NCBI GenBank assembly: GCA_030248215.1
Contig: JASANG010003752.1
Span: forward strand, 620,001 to 684,000
Reading direction: 5' to 3'
Length of the DNA: 64,000 bases
Origin: Enoplolaimus lenunculus
Lineage: Eukaryota
Part shown: positions 25,278-39,483 of the stretch, in pieces
Position numbering within the stretch: the stretch's first letter is position 1
Layout: the number at the start of each line of letters is the position of its first letter
The notes under the pieces: generated by a model
Told to the model about the DNA's origin: nothing
The model's database searches: none
The model's input: the letters and a program-made list of their open reading frames with translations, nothing else
Made by a program: the position numbers and the translations under genes

Positions 25278-26372
25278 TTCAATTTGCGTTGATTTTTGAT
25301 TCCATTTGAATTAACGTATTACAGCTTTGGGCCATTTTTTTATTTATACTTCAGCTGCGATCTTAATTTTTTGCAATGATTTTTGTATAGCTTCTAGTTA
25401 TTGAGGGAATTAAGAGTAAGCCGGGCTTCTCTCGTCAGTTTCATGAACAAGGGTAGAAATAGAGTGTGTATACTACCTAGGCCCAGTTCATAAGCTAAAT
25501 ATTGTTAATAAATCATTTGGGGGCCTCAACGAATTTATTGGGGACTCGTTGATCCGCACGCAGTAGAACTCCCGAGGCGTAACCTCACCCCTGCTCTCTA
25601 TTGAGTTTTGTTGGGCCGTTATGCAGTGAACTGTTATAGAATTGAAACTTTTAAGCATTATCGGAATGGTTTATCAAAGAGGTTAATAATACAAACTAAG
25701 GATAAGGGTTTTCTGAAGTTCGTTCGTCCCGTGTTACGTTGAGTGGCGTACCGTTTATCAGTGGGACTCCCAAAGATTAAACTTTATACTAAATTTTTCG
25801 CTTGTGCGCAGTTATAGACTTCTCCCCTTGCGCTGAGGCTTAGGCCTTGAAAGACGTTTGCACTACTGTGACACCTCTCAAAGTAACACTGGTATTTTAT
25901 TCAATGTACTCGAACTCGTGATTACAAATATTGCTAAGCGCAGCAACAAATAATCACTAAAATTTTCAATTTACCATTCAAAGCTATGTGCAAATGAAGA
26001 TCTGAACTCAGTCTGGATAGGCTTGGTCATATGCATACTAAATAAATTTGTGGAAAGTCCAAAAAAATTTTAGAGACAATTTTACGGTATTCAACACTGA
26101 AAAACGCTCGAGATAGACGCGAATGAGAAGCCAAACGCAACTGTAGAGCTACATGTTATTAAATGCTAAATTTTTATTTGTGTTCGAACGGTTAATATTT
26201 AATCCACGAATAAACTTTAGCTTCTTGAGTGTAATTTGCATGATAGCAGTTGACGTGATTGAGCGATAGTGTTCGAGTTGCTCTGGTACTGATATAGCTT
26301 TAGAGAGTTGTTACTTCACGAGATTATTTTGCAAAATTATTATTCTTTGCAGTCCATAGGGCTGGTATTAAG

Positions 26373-26825
26373 CAGGGTGTAAACGGATAGTAAAAATAGT
26401 ATTTTTCTTCCACTACAGTTGAGGCGTGCAAAGATTCACAGGGCTTTGTGAAATTACAAAAATAGATGGATGCACCGAAGTTTTCCAAGGTTTTGGAGGA
26501 ATTTCGTAGGTTTTACTTCATATCGATCAGTTGCAGTATAATAAAAAATTGCGTGATATATAGAATAAAAATAAAAGAATTCTGGTGTTTCTATAACGAA
26601 ACGGGCCACGGTTACTTTTAGGGGCGTAACAGTAGATTAAGCGTATTCCTAAAATTAAGCGTTGCAAAAATGTGTTCCTTACGTCTCAGCCTAAGTAAAA
26701 AATGTAATCTAGAATCTAAACCTACTCTTATAGACCCGCCAGAAACTTGGACGCCCCTAAAAGTTACTTGGGCCACGAAGCGGATATTGATTTTAACGGA
26801 AACTGATATACGGTTACACCCCCTA
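26373..26825. mobile_element. hAT MITE family C variant with nested TTAGGC-like module
   Basis: CAGGGTGTAAACGGATA ... TACGGTTACACCCCCTA; TSD GTATTAAG/ATATTAAC. Confidence 0.65.
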
Positions 26826-29273
26826 ATATTAACTAAATTTAAAACGAGGCTACATCAGAATTGAATCGCAATCATTTTTGGCGGCTCAAGGCGTTTGCTT
26901 GTTTCGCTATATTCATCGGCCGATGAGACAATGCCTAAACAAAAAATGTGGTCTAGAATCTTATCATACGTTTTTATAGACCCCTGTACGGCCCAGAAAG
27001 CCACATGAACCGGCCAATGTATAAATCAGGACGGCAGCGGTGACGCGAAAATATGTGGTTTAAACAATGTCTAATTGGTTAATTTTAATAACAAATATCT
27101 AAAGCGTTGTCAAAAATTTTGATTTCAGGTTTATTGTCCTCAAACTTGTACCAAAACATACCCAAACGCGCTGAACGATACTTTTTTGGAAAACCATAAA
27201 AAATTTCTACCGCAATTCAACCTCCGGCAAAAATTGTTGCCGGAGCCAGAGGTCGATTTTCTGCCGGAGCCGGACGCAGACCTCCGGTTTTACCTGGGTT
27301 TGGTATAAGCATATTCCTAAGCCTAAGCGTAACAATAAGTCTATACCTAACCTAAAGTAAGCCTTTGCAAAAAAGTAATCTAAAGCTTAAGCTTACTCCA
27401 TAGTAATCTATCAGCCGGAAAAACGGTCAGCCACTGATCTATACATGCGCCTCTTCCGTAGTCTTTCTATTAATTGGGTTAATGATGTTACGTAGGGAGC
27501 TACAGAATACAAGAGTTTGAAAGTGAAATTAATACGAATTTTTTACCTTGACCACAACCGTATGGTGAAAAATAATTGTTACCGAAAATTAATACTATCG
27601 GAAAAATTCGGTGAAATAATATCAAAATTCACACCAGAACCGAATTGTGAACAATACCGCATTCCACTACTGCTACCGGAATTCCGGTTGCACCCTGGCC
27701 ATAGCTTATATTTAGAATTTTGATATTTCATAAACAGCACTAAAAGAGAAACCGGAAAAAACACACATACTGGACTCTTTTTCTATGCTAAAAATATATA
27801 CTTATCTATTAATAATGGCGTTGCCAGGTGGTTTATGTACCAATGCAGAGATGGAAATAGAAGCGGCACACTTGTAGAAATCCATAATTGATGCATTTTT
27901 AGACAGTCCGTGTGCTTAAACATTTTCGAGTTTACATTTGAGATCGGTAGCCAATTGCGCTTCTCCCCATGGAGCTCTTGCTTTGAGTTAAACCGACTGT
28001 ATGATTTTGGTGTTGGCTTCAGGACGTAACCCTCGTTTTCCAACATTCCAGCTATGTCCCTGATGACTGTTTCTGTGAATGTAACTCTACCGATTTAATG
28101 GATTTTTGTTTACATCGGCCGAAATGGATTTTTGTTTTGTGCAAAAATAACTGAATTTGATTAGCATTTGAAGTTAGGCATAAAAAATGCATTTATACGG
28201 TATTATTTTAGCTTTTTAAAGATAAATTGTACAAATGTAGCAGTTTTATATTATCGCCGGCGTTTACGTAATCATTTTACACACTGGTGCTATTTGTTTA
28301 TTATGCAAGCTGGTGCTACTGATCTCATTACGTTGTTTCGGTTTGATCAACAAAAACTATTATCCGGATTGTGATGGGTGTATTTTTTACATCTTGGAAC
28401 ATTTATTTTTGTATAATTTTGCGATATCGTCCAATGAAGCGAAGGAAATGTCAAAATTATATTCACTGATGTGTTCGTAATAAAGTAAGTAAATGGCTCG
28501 GTTTAGTTCAATAATCTGAGATGCATTTTTGTTGTATGATGTGTGTAAAATTAGTTAGTTATCAGTAGTTTATTCTCAGTTAGTTTTTTAAGTTATAAAT
28601 TGGTAGGTTTAATGCTATATCTTGTAGAGGAATTTTCGGAAAGTTTTGTTGTAGTTGCGGTTAGGATAGTATATACCTGGTACCAACTGGATATCAGGTT
28701 CCGGGTTGATATCAGGCAAAAAAGTGACTTGTGCAGCCGGTGTCTTGCAAAAAACTACCGGATACCGCGTATTTGCGGTTATTGACCCGGATATTATAAA
28801 ATTGCTTGTTACGCGTAACAACTAGGCATTTTGCTGCTACTGCATTTCCAGGCAAGTCAAGAAGCGAAGTTTTGATGCGGAAGTGAAATATAAATTCCAA
28901 GGAAACATTTTCAGTTCAATTTATATGCAACTGATATACTAGCAACAGTACACAAATTTAAATGTTATGTACATTTAACATCCAATTCTGGTAAAAACAT
29001 TAACGCTTGTAACTTTTCCCACATTTAAGGGTAAGGCTTAGGCTTAGACATGTGTTTAGGCAAAGGTTTAGTCTAGGCTTCGATTTAGAAATGCTTTTTC
29101 CAAAGAATAAGCTTAAACCAGAGTCAAAGCCAAGTGTACAGGAGTAAAAACATTGATTATCCGGTTCGGTTCTGGTATCCGGAAAATCAATATCGCGTCG
29201 GTCGCTATCCGACATATACTTTGGCATCCATGCTAAATTTTAGCTGCAATGGATCTGTAAACACTATACGTAC

Positions 29274-29650
29274 CAGGGTGCAACCGGAATTCCGGTTCCG
29301 GTTCCGGCATTTTTCACCTTCCGGTTCCGGTTCCGGTCAATTTTTACCGGATTTAAAAATTCCGGTGTTAAAATTTGGCCGTTCTCTTAACTTTGCTAAT
29401 TTTTAAGAATCTCTTTTGAAAGCCACTTATACTCCGAATATAAGCCATTAATGGTAGATTTCACTTCAGTCGACGACGAAAATCTAAAATACAACAAATA
29501 AAATAAATACCTATGTTCGACTAAGGTTATTTCACAAATAATAGAGCAAAAAATAAGATTAAAATGAAATTTTTGGTGAAATGCATTTTTCACTTTCCGG
29601 TTCCGTTTCCGGTTCCGGTTCCGGTAAATTGTAATTCCGGTTGCACCCTG
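29274..29650. mobile_element. Young hAT MITE family C, upstream of the DUF229 start codon
   Basis: Perfect TIR CAGGGTGCAACCGGAATT / AATTCCGGTTGCACCCTG; perfect 8-bp TSD ATACGTAC; subterminal TTCCGG repeats. Confidence 0.92.
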
Positions 29651-29817
29651 ATACGTACGTACTTGGTACTCGTTGAACTGCATGTTTGGATTGTTTCCAA
29701 CACAAAAAAACGCAGTAATTCCTATTTGATTGAGATTGCGGGGGAAACGTGTACAAGAACTAATCTGCGTTGTTTATAGGTACATCGCATTTAATTTGGT
29801 TAGTAGGAACTAAGAAT

Positions 29818-32800
29818 ATGACAATGGATTTGCAAAGCTTGATTGAACATCACGGCAGAAGAAATGAGACAAGAAACGGATTTTTACAACGTTTATTAAC
29901 TGTTCCGCGTCGACTTGGCATGCTTCGATCATTTGTCATTTTCGCTGTTGTATGTGCAGCGGTAACTTTGATGAGTATGGAAATTGTGCCTTCGTTTTAC
30001 GCAAATTTGTTTTTTCCGGCGTTAATATTTCGCAAGGCTCCGCCATTGTTTTCGTCGGCGACTGACAAACTTTGGCAGTCAACAGCAGGATACACAACTG
30101 TTGCAAGTCGAAATGAGTAAGTATGTGTTTCCAGATGTTTTGCCCAAAAATGGTCGGTTATTGCAAATGTTTGCAAATATCTTGATTTCATCACTGGCCG
30201 TTAGCAAATACAAGGGGGTGGGAACTATTTCCGGGTTGCATTCGGCTGAAATAAAAAGCTTATAAGCGGGGCAAAAGCTTCTGAGGGGCGTGAAAGAAGG
30301 CCCCCTTGGAACCGATATAATTGGTTAAAGATTACGCAAATTACATGCCATTCAACGCAACCGTAGGACGCTTAATGGAATAGTGTTATATTTTTTATCA
30401 CGAGGCCACTGATTTACGAGTTATAGTCTTATAACTGGTTTCGAGCAGCTACGTATAATCTGGCTGAATTTTGTGTTTGGTTTAGGACGTTAACAATTGT
30501 TGCTAATAGAACAGAAAAAACCGCTAATGAAGCCGTTAGCAGCGATGAAAATCGGAACAGATCTTTAGACGAACTGGATGATGATATTACTGGTACAATT
30601 TTGCCATTACGCGATATTACAAAATTACCGTCCAATACTGGTACAGTGTCACCAAACTATACAGTGTCTAATGCAACTGTAATGCCAGTGGTTGGCTGTA
30701 AATTCCCACAACAACTAGTCGACGATCCATCAATTAAAGCTTACCTCAAGGATTACAAACCACTAAAGTGTTCGAGTGAAACGAATTGGGTATGTTTTAA
30801 GCAGTAGCGTATATAGCGGCAAATGTTTTATGATTGATTTGTATTTTTTCATGAATGTTATATATATTTCCGAAAATCTTAGATTTGTGGTAACGTCCAG
30901 TAATGGATCCTGGGGTATTGGGGAATGTTCCCCATCTTCACTGTCATGCTGGAAGTTTAGCGATGGAAATGGTTTATCTGAAGCTGGCGGTGCGTTATCT
31001 AGTCAAACGAATTAAAAATTTTTGCACATTCGGTGCAGTAGTCAATCTTAAAGTTTAAAAAATTGCTAAAAACACGCTTTGAAAACAGTACACAATGGAT
31101 ACCTGTTGTTTAACAGTTCCTTATGACACTTATCTGAGAGATAAAATGTTAAATTTTGGCCATATGTTTCATGTTGGGCGAGAATCCGCGGTTCAAATCC
31201 AAACTTGAAATTAGATTTCAACTGGAACAAAAATATTCGTGTAGGAAATGGTTAAATTTAAACGTTTAGTGTTTGCTTGAAAAGTATAAAAGTGCTATTT
31301 TCAAGGAGGTGGTAAGACTTGTTCATATTTATTGCTGCTTACAGGCCATTTTGCGCTAGCATATTCCTCTTTTGTTTTCGCTTATACTTTTTATTAAAAA
31401 ATCGTTTAGGTTTACACCGCAAACGGAAAGTTTTATATCGATAATGCAGCTGTTCTCAAGCACGGTGCTATTAACTGCACATATTACGACATTTACCGAA
31501 AAGGTGATAAAACGTGGGACGAAACTGCGCATCGCTCGTTTGCGAATGGATCTGATTTACTTGGCGAAGTCTTTCGTGTTATGTGCACTTCTAAAAATGG
31601 GGCAGAACATCGCAATTTACATGCCGGTGTGCCTAAGGTATTGCATTGCTCTTTTTGCAGTTATGTAAAGTGTAGAGTGAACGATGTTTAAGTACCGGCT
31701 ACTTTGGTGGGGAAGTGAACACAATGTTACGATGCTGCTTGAACAACTATTTGCGCCTGAGGTGCACAGACTCGTATGAATGAAGAGTGTCAAGTTGAAC
31801 TGAATTAGATCGCAATCGTAATGGGAGTGGAATTAATCGCAACTGGAAACTTTTTAGACCCCATTATATTTTTGACGTCGGAATTTTTACAGGAATCTGA
31901 CTTTTGTTGGCACTCTGTACTCAGATTGTATAGTTTTAAAAAAGGGATTGCGTTCTACAAAAATTGTACAGGGGTTTCTTGCGTGATCAACTGAAAAAGT
32001 TTCTAAACCTTTAGGTAAAGAGCGCTAAGGGGGTTGACTAATAAACCCCTCGTACTGTTTTTTAGCTCGAAACATTTTGCTCCGGTTCAACCTCCTTTAC
32101 TTTTGTAGATATCCGCAGTTATGGCGGTTTTTACGTTTCACTCGCTATATACCGTACGTCGATGCAAATCACACCATTGTATAACGTATGCCAATGACAT
32201 TAAGCATAATTTAGTCTTTGTTGTGGACGTTGCGCTAATTTGTTTTAGATTCCTAGTCTATTGTCTCGTAAACTTAACACATCTACGCCGAAACTGAATA
32301 TGGATGTTTATATTTATTTGATTGACTCAATATCTCGCATTAATTTTATCCGCAAACTGCCGAAATTTTACGATCTGATTACAAAGACAATGAACGGTAT
32401 TATCATGAAAGGTATAGTCGTAGTCGTAGTCACGCGAATGAAAGCCATCTTAATGATTTCACAGTAAGCGCACTAAACCGCAATGCTTGTTGCGATTCTG
32501 TAGGTTTTCAGCCGAAGACTAAAGCTCGCAATCAAATAGACTAATTAAATTTGCATAATCTTTTGTGTGTATATGTTAAAGTTTTTGCTATTTAAAACAA
32601 TAAAAGCAAATAGCAATTTAGCAAGGCTTTAATTTGAACTAAAGTTGTAAAGCTTGTTACAGCCCAGCAAAACATTTCCCGTTTACTGGACCGAGAGAAA
32701 ATTCACTGAAATATATAAACTTGGTAAAATCCTATTTTAAAAATCTAAAAATAGTACTCAATATAATGGCTTGCAACAAAAATGTAATCGAAAGAATTTA

Positions 32801-35800
32801 GGTTAAAGTCTCCGTTGCTAACCGGGACCGCTGATTCATGCGCTGAGTACGAATGCTAAATCCAATGAATGCGCAAATTCTTTCAAGCGTATTATGATAA
32901 CATTTTTACTATTATTGTTTTTGCCGTGGCAGAAAAAAATAATTATTTAGTTTTGGAAAACAAAATGTAGGGTTGTTTCTGGTCGTTGTTATTACTTGTA
33001 TGCTTCCCCCACATAACGTTCCCCGGTCCCCCCGCACATACATAAGCCTACGCCTAAACCTGAGAACGAACTTATGTTTAAGTTTAAGCCGAAGCCTTAG
33101 CATATTGTATGTCCTAGTCTGAGTCTAAACCTAAGCATGTGATAATGTAACAATAAACACTGTGGGAGGAATGTTCGTCTGCTATTCAATTAACACTAGT
33201 GCAGGGGAAAGTAAACAAGTACCGGCGAAAGAGGTACCATTTGTTACAGGTTTCAATATTGTCGGTGACGGTACGCCTTGGTCCCTCATTCCAATTACAA
33301 CGGGTCATTTTCAAACTGAACTTTATGAAGGTCGCAAGCGGTTCGATAATGCTAGCTTTCTCGATGGTTGGCCATTGATTTTTAAAGTACGCTAAAATTT
33401 GACTAATTTAAGGAGGATATTTAATTTAGTCTTGCGTTCACAAAAACTTTTCACTAACCCTTTTCGCTAAAATATTTTTGTTTCGTTAACCACATGTTTT
33501 CGCGGTAAAATTCAAGCCTTAGTCTCTCTGGTGGGAGACATTTACCTTCATCATTCAGCTACAACAGTTTGATGCTCGAGCACGAGTCGGCTTTCACGTC
33601 TTGTGCAGATTTTGTACTACACATACGTGCATTGATTTTGAAACATTGTGCATTGTGTATTCATTGCACATGCAGTGTTTGTAATTAGTTGCTTATATTA
33701 GCCGTGCAGCTGTAATTCCGAGTCTGACTAGGAATATATACGGATGCCAAATAAATGGATTTATTTCAGGAATACATTAAAGCCGGTTATGTTACGAGCT
33801 ATGCGGAAGAACAGCCTCAGTTTAGTTTTTTCTCTTATAAACTCAAAGGATTTCAAAACCCACCTGTGGACCACTATTTGCGTCGTTACGAGCAAGCTGT
33901 GAACTGGGTAAGAAGCGTACATTTTTATGCATCACTTTTCTGTACAAATAGTATAAGTTACGTGTACCTTGCATTTTTGTTCGAAACACAGTCGCAACAT
34001 TAATTAATTCTAGTCCGTGATAATCAGTTTAGTAGGGTGAGGTTGTTGCTGCGTTCAATGTACGTTATAGTCATGTTGTTCTATTTAAGGTAAGCAGCTA
34101 CCACAACTCGTACTGTCTGGGTGATACTCCGCGTTCTATAACGCTATGTAAATATTGGCAGGAGCAACAGGTACTACGTTTTGCGGAAACTCATCGTTAA
34201 TTAAGTGGCTATTTGAGCGAACCCATCATTCGTTAAGTTTCCCTGTTATGTTTTACGCAAAAAGAACCATTTTTAGATATTTTACTTTTAATACACAGAA
34301 ATAATGGTACTGACTTACTACTTGACAGTAAGACATTGTAGTGTATGACGTTCAATAAAACTATTTTTGAATATACCAGATGGGACACGATGTATAACGT
34401 TTTAAAATTTTCAGTTGATTTTTAAAAGAGTTGTTTTAATTAAAACATTCATTTGTAGGACATGTACCGTGCAGCAAATGTTCGTACATTCTCAATGTTA
34501 TTTTCATCAGAAACGTCACATGATGATTATAATTACGTTCAAGTTCTGGATGAACATTGGACAAAAGTTTTTTATGACCAATTTGTTAAAGGTAAGCCGT
34601 GTAGTGATGATCATGGTGATAATGTGAATAGTTGGCTAATATGAAGGAATTTGGCTCTCCGAATGTGCGCCGCAGTCAATAGTGGTGTCTGTGTCTCGCT
34701 TTTATGCTCATCTTGGGTTCTCTTGGAATCTTCGTAGCTTTTAATCCGTAACCAAGTAAGCTTTGTTGTTTTAATTTTGAAGCTTTATCCAATTTGGCTG
34801 AAACTAATCAATTTGTTAACTATTTTGTAGCCGAAGTCGAGATAATCTTGCTAACACCTGAGTGAAAAGTTACCGCTATCGCGTATACTATAAGAAATGT
34901 CTAAGAGAAGTGTCTTTAGACTATCAACTTAGCCCTCTGAGCTTAAAAAATGATCAATCCAATTTGGTTAAAACCATTCCAACACTGAGAGCAAGACTAC
35001 AAAACCAAACACCTAGAAAAATTTGCTAGTTGTGTTTCGTTCATTAATACTTCTTTTCAACTGAAAAGCATCGATAACTTGTTTCTTAGGCCGAACCCAA
35101 TAAAAATTTTGTTCGAAGAACTTGATATTCTGTAAAGTAAAACTGTTAACTTGAATTTATTTTGTTTTTAAGCTGTAAAATTGGTTTTCGATACGTTGGG
35201 AAATAACCGTCAAAAGATTACAGTGTAAACCGTTTGAGAAATGTCGATAACTTTTATTACTATGTGATTCCCTCCGTAAAATTTTGTTTCAGGCTATTAC
35301 AATAATACAATCGTGCTCATTTTGGGTGATCACGGTCGTAGATTCGGAGAAATACGTCAAACACAGTCGGGTAAAACGGAAGAAAAACTGCCGTTTCTTG
35401 CTTTTATTGTACCGCCTTCATTTCAATATACGCATCCTAACTCCTACCGAAATCTCAAGGTTAGACCAAATATTAATTCCAATTTTTCTTAACTGGTACA
35501 TGCTGTTTGTGTTCTGCGCAGGCTTTTTGTTTTGATTTCACCGCAAACCTGTGAAGATAGGCTATGCAAATAATATACGTTTGATTCGCAGTAAACCGTG
35601 AAATCGCACTAAAATATCGCTACATTACGGCTATACTTTGGCTTATTTCAACTGCTATGTCTTTTTTCACCAATTTGATTTGCGTCGTGATACTTTAATG
35701 TATGTATGCTAGTCGACAGCAAGTACACGAAATCTGGCATTATATTTTGTACAGGAACAAAATTTGATTATCCGCGGTTGAGGAAAGATCGAAATTGGGG

Positions 35801-37086
35801 ACTGGAACATATTATTATAGAATCCAGTAGTCTTACGCACAATGCTTTGTATCCTATATGATTGAAGCACTTAGCAGTTGGGAAACATGGATTTTATAAT
35901 TTAGGCGACTTCAACGCTGAGTATTCGTGGCATATTAGTAATTTTGTTTTTATCATTGAGTTGGTTACTTTTATTTCGGCAATGTATGCGAAAGACGATG
36001 GCTGCACAAAGCTTGCTCCGTTGGTGTTTGTGCAACTAATTTTTGCACCAATCGACAGCACTCAGAATGCGTATTCTGTTGATACAAATTTACCTTTACA
36101 GAAAATTTATTTGAGATATATAGTTCGAACTCGAAGTATTTGCTATTTTAGGTCAATGGAGATGAGCAGCGATTGGTTACGCCATTTGATCTGCACGAGT
36201 TACTTGTCGATGTGATTCGATGGCCCGGTGATAAATCATATGCATTTCCCCTCAAGCATCCGTTACCACGTGGCATTAGCCTATTTAACGTAAGTTGACA
36301 CAAGAGTTGCCTTAGGCGCAGGTGTTGATAAAATTTTGAGCTTATCGAGTTAAATTAACCTTTCACACACTTCTTATAATGTTTGAACTAATTATTGGAA
36401 ACCTAACGTTTGCGAAATCTAAGAATTTGACAAGATTGTTGTAATATAGTGGTTTAATTCTTTGATGTTAATAGGGAAACGTTGCATGTTAAAGTGTCTG
36501 ATAACAAATGCTGAAAAAAGACGTATGATGCTACATTGTGCGTTAGGTATATAGTAACGTAATGCAAATCGGTTGATGTTCACAGGAAATTCCGTCAGAT
36601 CGCACTTGTAGCGACGCATCCGTCAAACCACATTTTTGCTCGTGTCTTGAATGGGACGATTTATCAGTGAACGATAGTGTCGTTATAGACGCAACAGCAT
36701 ACATCATCAATCGATTTAACAACTATCTAAAACCAGCTGGCAGCCATTGTGTACCTCTATCGCTTAAGTATATTGCAACGGCACGTTTACTGCAACCTAA
36801 TCATGCGCTGCTTGCATTCAAAGAAAGCAAAGACTATGACAATATATTTCCTGATTTAACCGCAGACACTCAAGTGCAATCGGTATTGTATCAGATTCGC
36901 ATTATAACGTCGCCAAACGATGGCGATTATGAAGTGTCAGTATCACACTTTATAAATCTGAAACAATTTTATCTCGATATCGATGCAGTTAGCCGAATTA
37001 ATATGTACGGCAATCAGCCGCATTGTATTATGGATAGCCAAGCGCAGTTGAGGCAGTTTTGTTATTGCAGAGATTTATTGGCCTGA
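29818..37086 (+). CDS. DUF229-family protein (alkaline phosphatase/sulfatase superfamily, type-II membrane), ~762 aa, 11 exons
   Basis: Exons 29818-30116, 30486-30789, 31410-31637, 32249-32411, 33250-33386, 33770-33907, 34090-34170, 34459-34591, 35293-35459, 36152-36289 and 36586-37086 are phase-consistent (2289 nt). Motifs IDSISRINFIRKLPK, GFNIVGDGT, GYVTSYAEE, GFQNPPVDHYLR, SHDD, GDHGRRFG, EEKLPF, LVTPFDLH, RTCSDASVKPHFCSC, VSRINMYG, FCYC. Confidence 0.92.
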
Positions 37087-38565
37087 TGCCAATGTTTAAA
37101 ATTTTACGCTGTTGCGTAATTTTGGACTTATGTGCAAAAAAGCTGTTTTAGCTTTATTCTGTTTGTTCTTTACGTGCAAGGATTTTGGGAACTCTGATGA
37201 TTAATGGTAAGTTATGCTTAAGATTTTTGTTGCCAGTCGCATTGTATTATCCTTCGATGAGCCTTGTTGTGTTAAAGTTGTTTGAGCCGTTGATTGCTGG
37301 AGAGTAAGGTTAAAATTTGTGCTTGTACTATTTTCGTAAACACTTACTTCGCTACTATGTATATAGTTGGCGGTCATAGAAAGCGGCTGAGAAAATTCTC
37401 AGACGGTGAATTTTTTAGTGGGGGTATATGGTCCACGGCTATTGCGTACGCATACGTCTTGTTTGACACAGTATAGCCAAACAGTTTTAGTCTTCGGTGC
37501 TGCTGGTCTTGGCCTATTTCGAGGCGAAGTTGTAGAAATTGTGTGCTACCCTCTGAAGTATATTTAGTTTAAGGCATCGAAATGTTTTTGTATTACACAT
37601 TACTCTGAATTTATTGTGAATTGTGTGGATTAACGGTGCTTCGTTTACGTTATTTTTTTAAATGTACGGACTGATATTTAAAACATAATTATTTATAGTT
37701 AAAGTATAATTATTTTATTATTCTTTGTTTATGCATGTATTAAGTGTGTTGTGTTCTATCAAAATATCTAGTATCGGGAATGGTTACAAAGGAGTTTGAG
37801 TAGCGAGCCAAAAACATATTGTTAATATTATAGTTTGCATTTCGTCAAAGAACGAAGATAATGTAACTAATACATTAAGGATTTCAAAACTGTGTAATCG
37901 TTCTTTTCTTTAAAGTAAAAGACCGTTTCCAAGTTTTAAGGATCTTCAACTGTAAGCTGTGAACAATTCAAGCTTACCTTTATTAGCATTTACAGTTTTG
38001 TCTGATATTATATAAATTTGTTTTCACGTTTCAGTAAGAATCAGTTTTTTACGTTAACTGTAAACAAGTTGTCGAAAAGTTTAGCGTTTTATGACGATGA
38101 TTGAAAATCAACCGGATATTTTTTAATGGTAAAATATGTATTTGTAAGTAGGACTTTATTTATTTATTATTGAATTTATTGTGGAAGGTGCTTATTTGTT
38201 TATTTTAAAATATACACAGTGTCAGTATTTTAAGTTGAATATTTTGAAATTTAATGTTTGTTTATGCAAATAAATATGTTGTTTTATATCGTTCATTAAT
38301 TTTCAAATCATGTCAAAACTGTTTTTGTCTGCTACTGAATAGTAATTATATTACAAGTATATACATAGGGAACTAAACATCATGCATTTGCCGAAGTATC
38401 GCTTTTTTAGTGATGTAGCATTCACGCAACTCTATACAGTATTTCTTCTCTACCACGCATTAATCGTTTACAGTAAAATCGGCGTTTCCGCGCTCTAGGA
38501 TTAACAACATGTCAAAACCTTTTTTATCCAATGCCACTAAAAAGAAATGATCAGAGCAGTTGATA

Positions 38566-39483
38566 ATTAAGCGAGGCAAAACTCCGAGCGAAGCTCGGAG
38601 TTTCGCGAAGCGTTTTATGTTTTGTGCTTGGGGGTCGAAAGGTGGATGTCCGTCTGTCCGTCCGAAAAGAATCTCAGGAACGGCTGAACCGATTTTGATA
38701 AACTTTTTTGTTTGAAAGCCAATTATCCTGGGGTGTTAACCTCGCATTGGGGTTTTGAAATTTTAAGCTGTTTATTGGCTACAGGCTAATTTACATAATT
38801 AATTAAGCCTAAATTAGGACTTTCCACAATATTTCACTAATTATTACAGTTAGAAGCAATCTAATTTTAGCATTAAAGGGTTTTTGGGTGCGAGGAATCC
38901 GCGTACACTGTTTACAAACCTCCAAAGCCGATAATTGAGCAGTTAGCTAATAGATAATTTGCATTTTAGCATAGTTTATAAGCCTAAATTAGGACTTTTT
39001 ACAATATTTCACTAATTATTAAGGATAAAAGCAATATAATTTCAGCATTTAAGGGTTTTTAGGTGAGAGGAATTTGAATGAATAGTTTACAAACATCCAA
39101 AACCGATAATTGAATAGTTAGCTAATAGCTAATTTGCATATTAGCTTAATTGACAAGACAAAACTAGGTCTTTTTAAATTATTTCAATAATTATTTTGGT
39201 TTACTGAGATTTTTTGGTGCGAGGAATCTGTATCAATTGTTTACAAACCTCCAAAACCGATAATTGAATAGTTAGCTAGTAGCTAATTTGCATATTAGCT
39301 TAATTGACAAGACAAAATTAGGACTTTAAATTCCAAAAATTATTAGGGTGGCTGAAGGGTTTTTGGGTGCGAGGAATCTGAGGAAATTGCTTACAAACCT
39401 CCAAAACCGACAAATGAATAGTTAGCTAACAACTAATTTGCATATTACCTTAATTGCTTTCGTGTGCTCCAGCTTCGCTCAAT
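38566..39483 (+). mobile_element. Apparently full-length Helentron/HINE-like element with ~4 internal tandem units
   Basis: Terminal inverted ATTAAGCGAGGC / GCTTCGCTCAAT, 5' hairpin CTCCGAGCGAAGCTCGGAG, GTCCGTCTGTCCGTCCG, ATCTCAGGAACGGCTGAACCGATTTTG, then tandem ~140-180-bp units. Confidence 0.72.

Noticed and set aside
27783..28090. Minus-strand ORF MLENEGYVLKPTPKSY...
   Set aside because: Protein-like, but no family recognised and no linked exons found.
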